A DNA stretch of 48,897 bases from the IMG/VR virus record IMGVR_UViG_3300011430_000004, positions 1-48,897 of that record; one strand, 5' to 3'. The notes beneath the pieces are model-generated. The model saw nothing but the letters and a program-made list of their open reading frames with translations. It searched no databases and was not told the origin of the DNA. The first letter of the stretch is position 1. Each line of letters opens with the position of its first letter. The translations under genes and the position numbers were made by a program. The stretch comes from a virus. Positions 16,921 to 25,448 of this stretch are shown here, piece by piece.

Positions 16921-17655
16921 CTAGAAGAGGGAGCCCTGTCTTATGAGAGGTCGTTTGTCTAAAACCCGAATAACATCCCGTGCTCTAAAATCATTCGGAA
17001 GCTCTTTGTAAAGATGCAAAGCCAATTCGTATTGCTCGGGGGTGTTGATACTTAAATCTAACTCCGGTCGGCGGATCTCTGCGGGGGCCTGTATGGTCCG
17101 CACATGCTGATTCTCAAAAGCCCATTGATGGGGGTGCTCTCTATAATAAGCGTCGCGTCCAAACCTACCCAATATTTTATCCAACCACTGAAGAAAACGA
17201 ACATCGTAAACCTCAGCGCCTAATCCACCCGGATAGCCGTTGCCTAACACGTTTTGGTCAAGATTCGTGGTTAGCCAATTCCACGGCGCAGGGTTTTCGT
17301 TGTAATGAGTCACTATCCGGTCAATTTCGTCAGGATCAATAAAAGTGTTGTCCCCCGGAATGCGGATAATTATGTCCCCGTCCAAGATATCAGCGGCCAA
17401 GCAGTAGCGGTGAACAAGATCGTCCGCATTGCCTTTGTAGTCTAAAACCTCGATACCAAGATCCCGCGCAGCATCTTTCATAATGACGCCGTTCGCTTCG
17501 TGCGGAATCGCCATCATGATTTCGGTGTACGACTTTGCTTGCCTTACTCGATTCAATACATGCCAGATTTGAGGCTTACCTTGAATCATCAACCCGTTCT
17601 TACCAGGCATCCGCGAATTCCCCATCCGCGCCTGCACCACACATACTGTTTTCAT
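16921..17655 (-). CDS. SpsF/NeuA/PseF-type cytidylyltransferase (CMP-nonulosonic acid synthetase candidate)
   Basis: N-terminal VVQARMGNSRMPGKN and IRIPGDNTFIDPDEIDRIV match the CTP_transf_3 family pattern. Overlaps the upstream NeuB-like gene by 4 nt. Confidence 0.8.
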   Translation of the reverse strand: MKTVCVVQARMGNSRMPGKNGLMIQGKPQIWHVLNRVRQAKSYTEIMMAIPHEANGVIMKDAARDLGIEVLDYKGNADDLVHRYCLAADILDGDIIIRIPGDNTFIDPDEIDRIVTHYNENPAPWNWLTTNLDQNVLGNGYPGGLGAEVYDVRFLQWLDKILGRFGRDAYYREHPHQWAFENQHVRTIQAPAEIRRPELDLSINTPEQYELALHLYKELPNDFRARDVIRVLDKRPLIRQGSLF

Positions 17656-18500
17656 GGCCGGAGCCTCTTTATGCTAGATTGTTCACAATCTAGCACCCGA
17701 ATTTCACCAGAGCCCCGTGCTTTCTCTAGGTTGCGGATCTCGCGAACAAGAAGCTTGAAGCCTGCGGGCTCTACTGATGCAGCTTGGTCCGAGCCGAGCA
17801 TCGCCCGGTCAAGGGTGATATGACGCTCGACAATCGTTGCCCCCATTGCGACAGCGCAAAGCGTTGTCCATAAGCCCGGTTCGTGACCGGAATATCCAAC
17901 CATGCAATCTAAAAACTCTTCTCTCAAGGTATAAATACGATTCAGGTTCAAGTCTTCCGGCTTTGCGGGATACGTCGAAGTGCAGACCAATAACCCGACT
18001 AAAGGAGCCCTCGGATAAAGGATATTCATTGCACACCAAATATCCTTTTTAGAGCACATTCCCGTGCTCATGATAACGGGCTTTCTAAATCTCGCGATCT
18101 CACTAACCAAGTCCAAATTTGTCACCGAAGCAGACGCGATCTTGAACAAAGGCATTCCCATCATATGAAGGGTCCGCGCCGCATTCACGTCCCACGGCGA
18201 AGCGAACATTGTAATGTCCGCAGTCTCCGCGTACTCGAACAACTCCGCGTATTGCTTCGAACTGAATTCGATCTTCTCGCGATACGCCAGATAGGTCATA
18301 CGGAAACCCCACGGGGTATCTCGTTCCACGTCCCATAGATGGGGTGGAAGACTCTCCGCAGGGGTCCGCTTTTGAAATTTGACGGCATCACAGCCCGCAT
18401 CTTTTGCAGCGTCAATAAGCCGCTTTGCGATATCCATATCGCCATTGTGGTTGATGCCTATCTCTGCAATTACAAACGTGTGATTAGGAAAGCAAAACAT
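17652..18500 (-). CDS. NeuB-family nonulosonic acid synthase (sialic/pseudaminic/legionaminic acid synthase-like), lacking the SAF domain
   Basis: FVIAEIGINHNGDMDIAKRLIDAAKDAGCDAVKFQKR plus GYSGHE and ERHITLD motifs. Start set to ATG 18498..18500, preceded by SD GAGGGGG. At 282 aa it ends after the barrel. Confidence 0.85.
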   Translation of the reverse strand: MFCFPNHTFVIAEIGINHNGDMDIAKRLIDAAKDAGCDAVKFQKRTPAESLPPHLWDVERDTPWGFRMTYLAYREKIEFSSKQYAELFEYAETADITMFASPWDVNAARTLHMMGMPLFKIASASVTNLDLVSEIARFRKPVIMSTGMCSKKDIWCAMNILYPRAPLVGLLVCTSTYPAKPEDLNLNRIYTLREEFLDCMVGYSGHEPGLWTTLCAVAMGATIVERHITLDRAMLGSDQAASVEPAGFKLLVREIRNLEKARGSGEIRVLDCEQSSIKRLRP

Positions 18501-20205
18501 TGTTGCCCCCCTCTTCGTGCCAAACCCCGTCCCACATTCTAGTAACAAGGGAATCACCGTAAAACTTGATACTCTTCAACAACCCCTGCTCATGTGCGAT
18601 AGACACGATATCCAAAACCTGATTGGCAAAATCGATCATGGAAGGGGTGGTCTGAATCGTCTCCCCCTTAACTTCCACTTCCGTCCAGTTAAACGTTATA
18701 CTCTTACCGGCTATCCCCTTAGCATGAGTTTGAGCCCGGTCCTTAGCCATAAGGTCTAAGCCGAACATATGAAGCTCATCGAAGCCAAGATTAAAAGCGA
18801 CCGACATTCCATTGATTGCAACTGAACCGCCCGCATTGATAACGGTGCATGTCGTATATCCGTTATCTGCACGAAGGCCCCGAATCTTGGACGACTCGCG
18901 ACTATCGAAGATATAGCAAGAATACTTACTAAGCTTCTCAAGTATGGAAGGACGTGTAACCGACGCGGCTAGGAAGGTCGTGCCGTCTTGCATGTTTACA
19001 AAAGAAGGCTCCTGTTCTTCAGAGCAATCAAGCGTTAAAACGTAATCCGGAATAATTCCACGATCCAAGCACCAAGGGTACATCCGTGCGATTGCAATAA
19101 GCGGATAACCACACCCCTTCAACCATTTAATATTATCGATCTGCTCATCAACCGAAGGACCACCCGCGAGAATCATAGCCGGTCCTTTTTGTGTGCCCGT
19201 AATCTCGGATATGTCCGGCACTTTCAAAGCCAGATTCGCTTTCATGTTGGCAAATAAAAGCTTTGGTGAAAACTTACACACGCCCCTGAATCGGGGAGAA
19301 CGTCGCGGTATGCCGTCCGGCTTAAACAAGTGGTCCATGATAAACTCCGACCACTCGGTAGGCTTTGTCAAGGGACGCAACCGAAACTCCGCCCCGCGAT
19401 ACTGCCACAAAGATAAAATCTCTTCGTCGCTGTAATACTCTTCAAACCCTAATCGGTCCATTACGTATTCTAGCGAACGAGCACAAAACTGATAGGTATG
19501 AGCGACCTGGAAATAACTGTTGACGTTGTTTCTGAAAAATCCCGGTGTATAAACGTACAGAAACCCTTCCGGGGTTAGAAGCTTACCTAACTCCTCAACT
19601 GTATGCAGGTCCGTAAGATGCTCGATAGCATCGTGAAGTATTATAAGGTCTGCTTTAATGCCCCGGTCTTTCAACTCCTGCACAGAGGTAACTATGTTCA
19701 ACCCCTTGCCCCGCGCAAACTCCACCGCTTCAAGGTCCCACTCGACCCCGTAAGCCTCTGCGCCCGCATTCTCAAAGGCTCGTACAAACCCCCCAACGTA
19801 ACAACCGAAATCGATAACGACCTTCGGGGACGGAATATCCATTTCATCAAGCCATTCCTGCATCCCCTCGCCTATTTTAACCTTGCCCTGAAATTCATCC
19901 TCGACGGTTTGGGCTCCGCCCCTTTGCGCGTAAATGTAACGGTACTCGTTATTATAAAACTGGCGATAAGACTCTTTCGTCAACCGGGGATTGGCCCGCA
20001 TCAACGCACAAGCCTTGCAAAGCACCATACGGTGTGTCATCCCCGCACGGTCAGTTTCCGCAATTACAAAATCATTAGCGCTGTCATCCCCACAAATACA
20101 GTCGGTGGGCTCCCTCACATACTCCCCACTGACAAGCTTTCTTTCGTATTCTCTCTTATGAATAGGGGCGGCAAGCTGCCGCCCCATTTTGCTGTCTACT
20201 CTCAT
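18484..20205 (-). CDS. Fusion protein: class I SAM methyltransferase + DUF115/MptE-like (Maf, motility-accessory-factor type glycosyltransferase) domain
   Basis: N-terminal half has VIDFGCYVGGFVRAFENAG ... ADLIILHDAIEHL. C-terminal half has AMILAGGPSVDEQIDNI ... GIIPDYVLTLD ... INAGGSVAINGMSVAFNLGFDELHMFGLD, the DUF115/Maf pattern. Confidence 0.75.
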   Translation of the reverse strand: MRVDSKMGRQLAAPIHKREYERKLVSGEYVREPTDCICGDDSANDFVIAETDRAGMTHRMVLCKACALMRANPRLTKESYRQFYNNEYRYIYAQRGGAQTVEDEFQGKVKIGEGMQEWLDEMDIPSPKVVIDFGCYVGGFVRAFENAGAEAYGVEWDLEAVEFARGKGLNIVTSVQELKDRGIKADLIILHDAIEHLTDLHTVEELGKLLTPEGFLYVYTPGFFRNNVNSYFQVAHTYQFCARSLEYVMDRLGFEEYYSDEEILSLWQYRGAEFRLRPLTKPTEWSEFIMDHLFKPDGIPRRSPRFRGVCKFSPKLLFANMKANLALKVPDISEITGTQKGPAMILAGGPSVDEQIDNIKWLKGCGYPLIAIARMYPWCLDRGIIPDYVLTLDCSEEQEPSFVNMQDGTTFLAASVTRPSILEKLSKYSCYIFDSRESSKIRGLRADNGYTTCTVINAGGSVAINGMSVAFNLGFDELHMFGLDLMAKDRAQTHAKGIAGKSITFNWTEVEVKGETIQTTPSMIDFANQVLDIVSIAHEQGLLKSIKFYGDSLVTRMWDGVWHEEGGNNVLLS

Positions 20206-20235
20206 AACTCCCCCCTTCAGAAAGTTATTAAAGGT

Positions 20236-21069
20236 CTAGTCGGTGACGATAGCCGCCGCCGTTGGATCAAGCTTATACTGAAAAAACAAATAAGCTTTTC
20301 CGGTTTCAGCCTTTGTGCCGGTGAAAGAAGCCGTCAACGCCACTGCCCGCGCAAAGCTCAACACAGTTGCGGTAGGGACAAAATAACGTTTGCGGCTAAA
20401 CCAACCGCCCGCTGTTTGGATCGACATGGTATCCCAATTTGCCAACTGAACCCCGGCAAACTGAGTTGCGAAAATCTTGCCCGTGCTGGAATGAACAAGA
20501 ATCTGCTTGTATCCCGTCGCACTCAAGTTCATGTTTCTGACAAGCGCATCACTATCACCGGCCACACCGATGTTGTACATGTTGTTGCCCGTAGCAGCGC
20601 CGAGAAATGTTCCGGTAACTTTGAGAAACACGTCATCGATAATCATGCCCTTACGTGCAGTGAAGCCCGTACTTCGGAGCGTGGTGCTTGAAGCAACGTC
20701 GTTAATCGGGGTAACGAGGGTAAAACTATCTCGTTCAGGATCAACGTCAACGCGATGCTGTGAAGCTTTTACGGCCTTCAAGAAATAGGCACGTCCACTC
20801 AAGGTAAGCACCGAAATGTCAACGGTAGAACAACTAAGGTTCGTATAGAAACTCAACTGTCCGTCCGTCATAGTGCGCGACACAAAGCCCGCCCCGCCTT
20901 GACCTAAACTTTGGGTCAACAGCGTACCGGAAGCATTATAAATTGCTTGCCGAGTAGCGGAACCTGCGGTATAAACCTGAAACTGCCCACTGTCATCATT
21001 GACAGGTTTCTTTTTGCGAGTATCGATCAACTGAAGAAACCATTCTCGCTTGTTGTTAATGTTAGCCAT
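20236..21069 (-). CDS. virion structural protein candidate (277 aa)
   Basis: First gene after the capsid-operon hairpin and just upstream of the sugar module. No family recognised. Confidence 0.45.
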   Translation of the reverse strand: MANINNKREWFLQLIDTRKKKPVNDDSGQFQVYTAGSATRQAIYNASGTLLTQSLGQGGAGFVSRTMTDGQLSFYTNLSCSTVDISVLTLSGRAYFLKAVKASQHRVDVDPERDSFTLVTPINDVASSTTLRSTGFTARKGMIIDDVFLKVTGTFLGAATGNNMYNIGVAGDSDALVRNMNLSATGYKQILVHSSTGKIFATQFAGVQLANWDTMSIQTAGGWFSRKRYFVPTATVLSFARAVALTASFTGTKAETGKAYLFFQYKLDPTAAAIVTD

Positions 21070-21126
21070 CTGACTTATTTTCCTTTTCGCGCCCTTCTAC
21101 CCAATGAGACAGAGCCGAATTATTCA

Positions 21127-21146
21127 GGGGGGCCGAAGGCCCCCCC
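21127..21146 (-). terminator. Strong GC hairpin downstream of the capsid genes (terminator/processing candidate)
   Basis: ggggggcc (21127..21134) pairs with ggcccccc (21139..21146) across a 4-nt loop. On the minus-strand RNA this reads GGGGGGCC-UUCG-GGCCCCCC followed by UGAAUAAUU. It lies in the 21070..21153 gap. Confidence 0.5.
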
Positions 21147-21153
21147 TACTTGA

Positions 21154-21495
21154 CTAGAGTTTTGCAGTTCCCCAAACGAAGCCATAAATAACCCCGCCTG
21201 TATGCCCCGAAATGTCCATATCGGTTCCATCCGCAATTGTCAGGACGTTTCCCGAAGCAGTGACCACGGCACCAAGAGCGCCGTTGGAATCACCGCCGAG
21301 AATTGCACCCGTGCTATCGCTGATCTGAATGACCCAACCATGAATGTCCTTCAACTGTGGAAAGGTCAATGTCATCGACGTGTCATTTGCCGGTACTGCT
21401 TTGAAAGGAATCACCGGAAGCATCGAGCCCACCACTTCAAGTGGAAGGGCCTTGCCGCCACTAACCCCTGTAGGAACAACCGCCGTAAGAGCCAT
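21154..21495 (-). CDS. small head-associated protein (113 aa), possible decoration protein
   Basis: Immediately downstream of the major capsid gene. Beta-rich. Function is from position only. Confidence 0.45.
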   Translation of the reverse strand: MALTAVVPTGVSGGKALPLEVVGSMLPVIPFKAVPANDTSMTLTFPQLKDIHGWVIQISDSTGAILGGDSNGALGAVVTASGNVLTIADGTDMDISGHTGGVIYGFVWGTAKL

Positions 21496-21520
21496 GCTTT
21501 TATTCTCCTTCCCTTATCGA

Positions 21521-22582
21521 CTATTGGTCTGCAACAGCGGAGGCAAACACATGGACAATACCGTTGTCTTCCGGAGTGGATCGGTCAAAAACGAGCTTTT
21601 GAATTCCACGAATTTCGTGAATTTCGTAAGTCCGGTCATGCTGGACATCGCTTTCTTCTTCTCCAAACTTCGAGCGTTGACCCCAACACACCGCAGCGGC
21701 TTGCGCCCCCAAAAGCATGTTGTGCGAAACGTTGATGCTACTCGCACCCGCGCTTGCTTCAATCAAAAGGCGATCATACTCGTACACAAGAACACCGTCC
21801 CAAGCACCTTTGAAGCGGCTACCGCTGAACAAAGGCGACTCGCTGTTAGCCTGGGGGGGAATGTTCAAGTGAGCATTTCTCCACGAAGCATCGAAGCGGG
21901 TCAAATCACGAACCGAGTAGGTATGACCTTGGAAGGAAAACCATTCCTCGTAGTGCTTTCCGTTCTTCACTCGCATCGGACGAATCTTAGCAAGTGCCAC
22001 AACGGGGATAATAGCTTTACGCTTGGCAACTTCGATCATGCCGGTTGTCAACATATCGTTGGTTGAATCGACATTAGCCATCGCCGTCGCATGGGTGGCA
22101 TTCCAGTTGCTATCAAGTACGCCGTACAGGTAACGACCACGAACACGCCCCGAGGAAGTGTCGGACAACGCGATAGTAATATCGTCGTCCAGGTCAACCC
22201 GGCCCTCATCCTGAAGGGCTTCCTTCGCCTGTTCCAACACGTCAAATTTGACGCGCTTTTGAGACATAGGAATGTTTTCGATCTTCACTAGCCGACGGTA
22301 ATTGTCGATAGTGATTCTTTGACTGAAAAAGGACACGGTGCCTTCATTACCGATGCCCTTTGCGTTGCCGTCAACGCGTCCGCCAACCAATCGTCCTCGA
22401 ATACCGACGGTGATAGCATCGCCGTCCGACTTGGTAAGGTCTTCCTTAACTTGAATAGGCATATCAGAGCCCGTGCCCATGAAATGCTTCCACGCAAGCT
22501 GGCCGATATACTCAGAGAAGATAGACTCTTCCCATTGTTCGACGGTTAGCCCGTGGCCTGTTAGAACTTCAATGTAACTCAC
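21521..22582 (-). CDS. major capsid protein (N4-gp56-like family)
   Basis: DLTKSDGDAITVGIRGRLVGGRVDGNAKGIGNEGTVSFFSQRITIDNYRRLVK matches the conserved N-terminal pattern recalled for N4-gp56-type capsid proteins. It follows the scaffold gene. Confidence 0.8.
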   Translation of the reverse strand: MSYIEVLTGHGLTVEQWEESIFSEYIGQLAWKHFMGTGSDMPIQVKEDLTKSDGDAITVGIRGRLVGGRVDGNAKGIGNEGTVSFFSQRITIDNYRRLVKIENIPMSQKRVKFDVLEQAKEALQDEGRVDLDDDITIALSDTSSGRVRGRYLYGVLDSNWNATHATAMANVDSTNDMLTTGMIEVAKRKAIIPVVALAKIRPMRVKNGKHYEEWFSFQGHTYSVRDLTRFDASWRNAHLNIPPQANSESPLFSGSRFKGAWDGVLVYEYDRLLIEASAGASSINVSHNMLLGAQAAAVCWGQRSKFGEEESDVQHDRTYEIHEIRGIQKLVFDRSTPEDNGIVHVFASAVADQ

Positions 22583-22605
22583 TGATTTAGTCTCCTAGTT
22601 TTGAA

Positions 22606-23559
22606 TTAACCGAACAGCTTCTTCAGTGGGGTGACTTTCGGTCCGGCCTTTGGCCCGTCACTTCCACTACTGCCGCGAGAAGAAGACATACCCTCGACGT
22701 TCTCATCTTTTAGTTTCTTGCCTTCACGAATTTCCTCAAGAATCTGTTTCCGGATTTCTTTCTCAAGAGAATCCTTCACTTCCTTACTAATTGAAGCGTG
22801 GATCTTTTCCGGTGTATCTCCGTATTTCCCTTCAAACTTGTGTCGGTTCAAAATACGAAAAGCCGTCAGGACAGGGTTATCAGCGTTCATGACCGCGTTT
22901 TGAATCATCTCATTCTGACCGAACAGTTGATGAAACTCCCCAAGGAGCCCGTCTACCTGTTCTCTGCCTAGCGATTCATAAGCTGACTCACGAGCCGCTA
23001 AGGCTTTCCCCGCTCTCAATGCCGTCCTGGCGACATCTTCCGGCTGCACCGTCTCTTTACGCTCGTCTTCTTCCGTCCAAGTGCCGTCTTGCTTTTTGCT
23101 CATCACTTCGAGTTGGTGCTTGATCGACTCAAACTCCCTACCCTGATCTGCAAAACGTTGCTGTACCGTGGTGGCGTAGTCTCGCGTATCGGAATACCGT
23201 TTTTTGTACGGATTTTCTTCAGACTCCCAAGGGTCATCCTTGGCTTTGTCTTCTTTGTTTTCAGAATCGGGCGACGGCTTCTTTTCCGCATCGTCGTCGG
23301 ACTCCGACTCCTTAGAATCGACTGGTTTTTTCTGATCCTTTTTTTCAGGGTCCGCCTTTTTATCGGCTTTCTTTTCCTTATCGGGGGACGGCTTTTTTTC
23401 AGCCTTTTCCGAATCGGAATCCTTTTTCGAATCAGAATCCTTTGCCTTTTTCTTAGGGGTCTCTTCTTTCTCTTCAGTGACGGGTTTCGGCCCTGCTGAA
23501 AAAATCGAATCTAAACTCGTGCGTGGAGCCGTGGGGCTCCCGCTCTCTTTATCTGCCAT
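22606..23559 (-). CDS. scaffolding protein candidate (317 aa)
   Basis: Lies upstream of the capsid gene. Lys/Asp/Glu-rich low-complexity N-terminal half and helical C-terminal half. Confidence 0.6.
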   Translation of the reverse strand: MADKESGSPTAPRTSLDSIFSAGPKPVTEEKEETPKKKAKDSDSKKDSDSEKAEKKPSPDKEKKADKKADPEKKDQKKPVDSKESESDDDAEKKPSPDSENKEDKAKDDPWESEENPYKKRYSDTRDYATTVQQRFADQGREFESIKHQLEVMSKKQDGTWTEEDERKETVQPEDVARTALRAGKALAARESAYESLGREQVDGLLGEFHQLFGQNEMIQNAVMNADNPVLTAFRILNRHKFEGKYGDTPEKIHASISKEVKDSLEKEIRKQILEEIREGKKLKDENVEGMSSSRGSSGSDGPKAGPKVTPLKKLFG

Positions 23560-23798
23560 TGGTAAAACTCCCTTCAGGATTGTTTGTGGGAAGGCCGAAA
23601 GAACAAGCCAAACTTGTTATCGGGCCGTCACGTTAAACTGAGATGGGAAACTCGCCTCCTAACGGATTACTCCGCCCAAGAATGGAAGAGGCGAAAACTG
23701 TACCCCCGCATAAGCTGCAAGGGCTCTATGTCATGTTTTGCCGGGGGTAATACGGATCATCGCCCCTATAGGTAGGCTCCCCGTATGCGGCCCCCGAG

Positions 23799-24395
23799 CT
23801 ATGTTAAAAACGATGCCCACTCTTTTGAAAAGAGCTTGAGCGACACCGGCTTGATCCAATCGAAATGACCCATATTTGCAAAGTAGCGCCCGACAACCCG
23901 AGAATGGAGTTTCGTCGGACCAACAAGCCCTTGCCGGCCATAAGTAGACTGACTAACAACCTTGTCCGCGTCTGACCAATAAACCAACACGCTATCAAAC
24001 TGGCCCGAGTATTTTGACCAATCAAACTTTTCATCCATCGTAGTCGCAAGCAGAATAATCCGCTTGAAATGCATCCCCGCTTCAAGCGCAGCTTGAACAA
24101 GGGTGCCCGCATAAGAATGCGCGACGATAGAAAGTGATTCGTCTTTCCCGGTGACGCCTTCAATAAACAGTTCGAAGGATCGGAGATTCTCAACCACGGA
24201 TTTGTTGATTGTCCGGCGATACCACGGCAACCAAGTGAACACGCCTACGGCATACTTCCAGAACAACCCGGACCATTGCCAGCTATACGCCGCGAAAGGC
24301 TGTTTTTGGTCGTCCCAAATTGCCTCAAGACGCGACGGCCAATTACGCTCCTCAGAGCCGCCCGGAATCGTCTCGATACCGTAAAGCAGAATCAC
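23799..24395 (-). CDS. alpha/beta-fold serine hydrolase (esterase/lipase-like), 198 aa
   Basis: Nucleophile elbow IVAHSYAGT (G/A-H-S-x-G type), with later SDADKVV and MGHFDW as Asp/His candidates. Start set to GTG 24393..24395, which overlaps (GTGA) the stop of the upstream micro-ORF. The longer ORF-track N-terminus is Cys/Arg-rich and implausible. Confidence 0.6.
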   Translation of the reverse strand: MILLYGIETIPGGSEERNWPSRLEAIWDDQKQPFAAYSWQWSGLFWKYAVGVFTWLPWYRRTINKSVVENLRSFELFIEGVTGKDESLSIVAHSYAGTLVQAALEAGMHFKRIILLATTMDEKFDWSKYSGQFDSVLVYWSDADKVVSQSTYGRQGLVGPTKLHSRVVGRYFANMGHFDWIKPVSLKLFSKEWASFLT

Positions 24396-24505
24396 CCTAT
24401 CCACGATAAAAACCTCGACCAAAGCTTCGACGCTACAGCGGCCACCGCAGGATAAAGGGCCGCTAACAAAATGCCGACAGCGACACTGAAAATAATTGTC
24501 ATCAT
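24392..24505 (-). CDS. single-TM micro-protein (37 aa), tentative
   Basis: MMTIIFSVAVGILLAALYPAVAAVASKLWSRFLSWIG. Its ATG is 2 nt after the upstream stop. Below the ORF-track cutoff. Confidence 0.35.
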   Translation of the reverse strand: MMTIIFSVAVGILLAALYPAVAAVASKLWSRFLSWIG

Positions 24506-24507
24506 GG

Positions 24508-24693
24508 TTAACCCCTTGTCCAAAAAAGATGCCCGCACACGATCCCGGCGAAAAACGGCACAACCGGATAGCGATTGAAGAAACCAATAACTTCCGAAAT
24601 CGTATCACCCGGCCTGCTATTCACCACGGCATAAATATCATAAGCGGCAAGCAGCGCACTAAGTCCGAACAGAATCCAAACCGATTTGTTCAT
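24508..24693 (-). CDS. two-TM small membrane protein (61 aa)
   Basis: Hydrophobic helices VWILFGLSALLAAYDIYAVV and VVPFFAGIVCGHLFW. Start/stop overlap with the upstream gene. Confidence 0.55.
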   Translation of the reverse strand: MNKSVWILFGLSALLAAYDIYAVVNSRPGDTISEVIGFFNRYPVVPFFAGIVCGHLFWTRG

Positions 24694-24893
24694 GATCTCT
24701 TACTCCACGGTCCGAAATATTTTGTGTTCTTCACCCGGTACACCCGCTTCTTAATCCCCGGATCATCGTCAAGCCGCTCGACTTCATGGTGGTGAATATC
24801 AAGCCCTTGTTCCTTGAACATTTTGATGTTCTCTTGAGTGATAGTCTGTGGATCTCGAATCTTGTCGAAGTCCGCTCTAAATTCCCGACTCAT
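24690..24893 (-). CDS. hypothetical protein (67 aa)
   Basis: Start/stop overlaps on both sides. Charged and soluble. Confidence 0.5.
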   Translation of the reverse strand: MSREFRADFDKIRDPQTITQENIKMFKEQGLDIHHHEVERLDDDPGIKKRVYRVKNTKYFGPWSKRS

Positions 24894-25309
24894 GAACTAA
24901 CCCCCTTAAACTTTTCAAAGGTCCGAAGTCCGCCTAACCCGAGCATGCCGAAAAGCAACGTGGTGAGAGTATCCATGTCAAAAACCGGTAGTGGGGGCAC
25001 TTCCCATTCGAACATCGTCACTAGAAAAACCACCAAGGGCTGAATCACAAAATGATAGGCAAGCCCGGTTGCCCCAACCCAACCGCACGCCGGACGCCAC
25101 CCGGCCACAAAGATACTCGCGTGTTTAGCTTCTTCCTTATTGATTTCAAGCTGGCCGAGAACCGATTGCCAATCGAACTGCATTACCGCAAGCTTAAGTT
25201 CTGCTTCGATATGCGCCCGCTCCGCTTCGCTCATCTTCTCCGGGGGCAACACCCGCTTAAGGACGGTATCAAGCAGTCCGGCGACCGGACCAACTAAAGC
25301 TTGCCACAT
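24890..25309 (-). CDS. three-TM holin of the gene-transfer-agent (GTA) holin family
   Basis: INKEEAKHASIFVAGWRPACGW ... LLFGMLGLGGLRTFEKFKGV matches the conserved core and C-terminus recalled for GTA_holin_3TM proteins. ATG 25307..25309 is preferred over the TTG at 25330. Confidence 0.65.
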   Translation of the reverse strand: MWQALVGPVAGLLDTVLKRVLPPEKMSEAERAHIEAELKLAVMQFDWQSVLGQLEINKEEAKHASIFVAGWRPACGWVGATGLAYHFVIQPLVVFLVTMFEWEVPPLPVFDMDTLTTLLFGMLGLGGLRTFEKFKGVSS

Positions 25310-25448
25310 ATTATTTTTCCTACTGCCCAATCATATACGTTCGCGAAAATCACTACGCTAGAAAGAATCCAAACGTCAGAGGCGTCCATACTAGATAAGA
25401 TTACGCCCAATGCTGTAAGGCACACGGACTGAAGCGGGTCCACTTCGG

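Noticed and set aside
16903-16923. 7-bp hairpin taggcgg/ccgccta at the stop of the cytidylyltransferase gene, considered as a terminator
   Set aside because: There is no U tract on the minus-strand RNA, and the next gene follows with its own SD within 60 nt. It may be an RNA stability element but there is too little evidence to call it.
23089-23499. Leu/Phe/Arg-rich ORFs antisense to the scaffold gene. Similarly 44076..44354, antisense to the SSB-like acidic tail.
   Set aside because: They are mirror images of Lys/Glu/Asp-rich low-complexity coding sequence (GAA/GAT/AAA runs). They are not independent genes or meaningful tandem repeats.
25331-25448. 118-nt gap with a possible 31-aa ORF (MDASDVWILSSVVIFANVYDWAVGKIICGKL) overlapping the holin start
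   Set aside because: It is very short, has no SD, and overlaps the holin start out of frame. It cannot be separated from chance.
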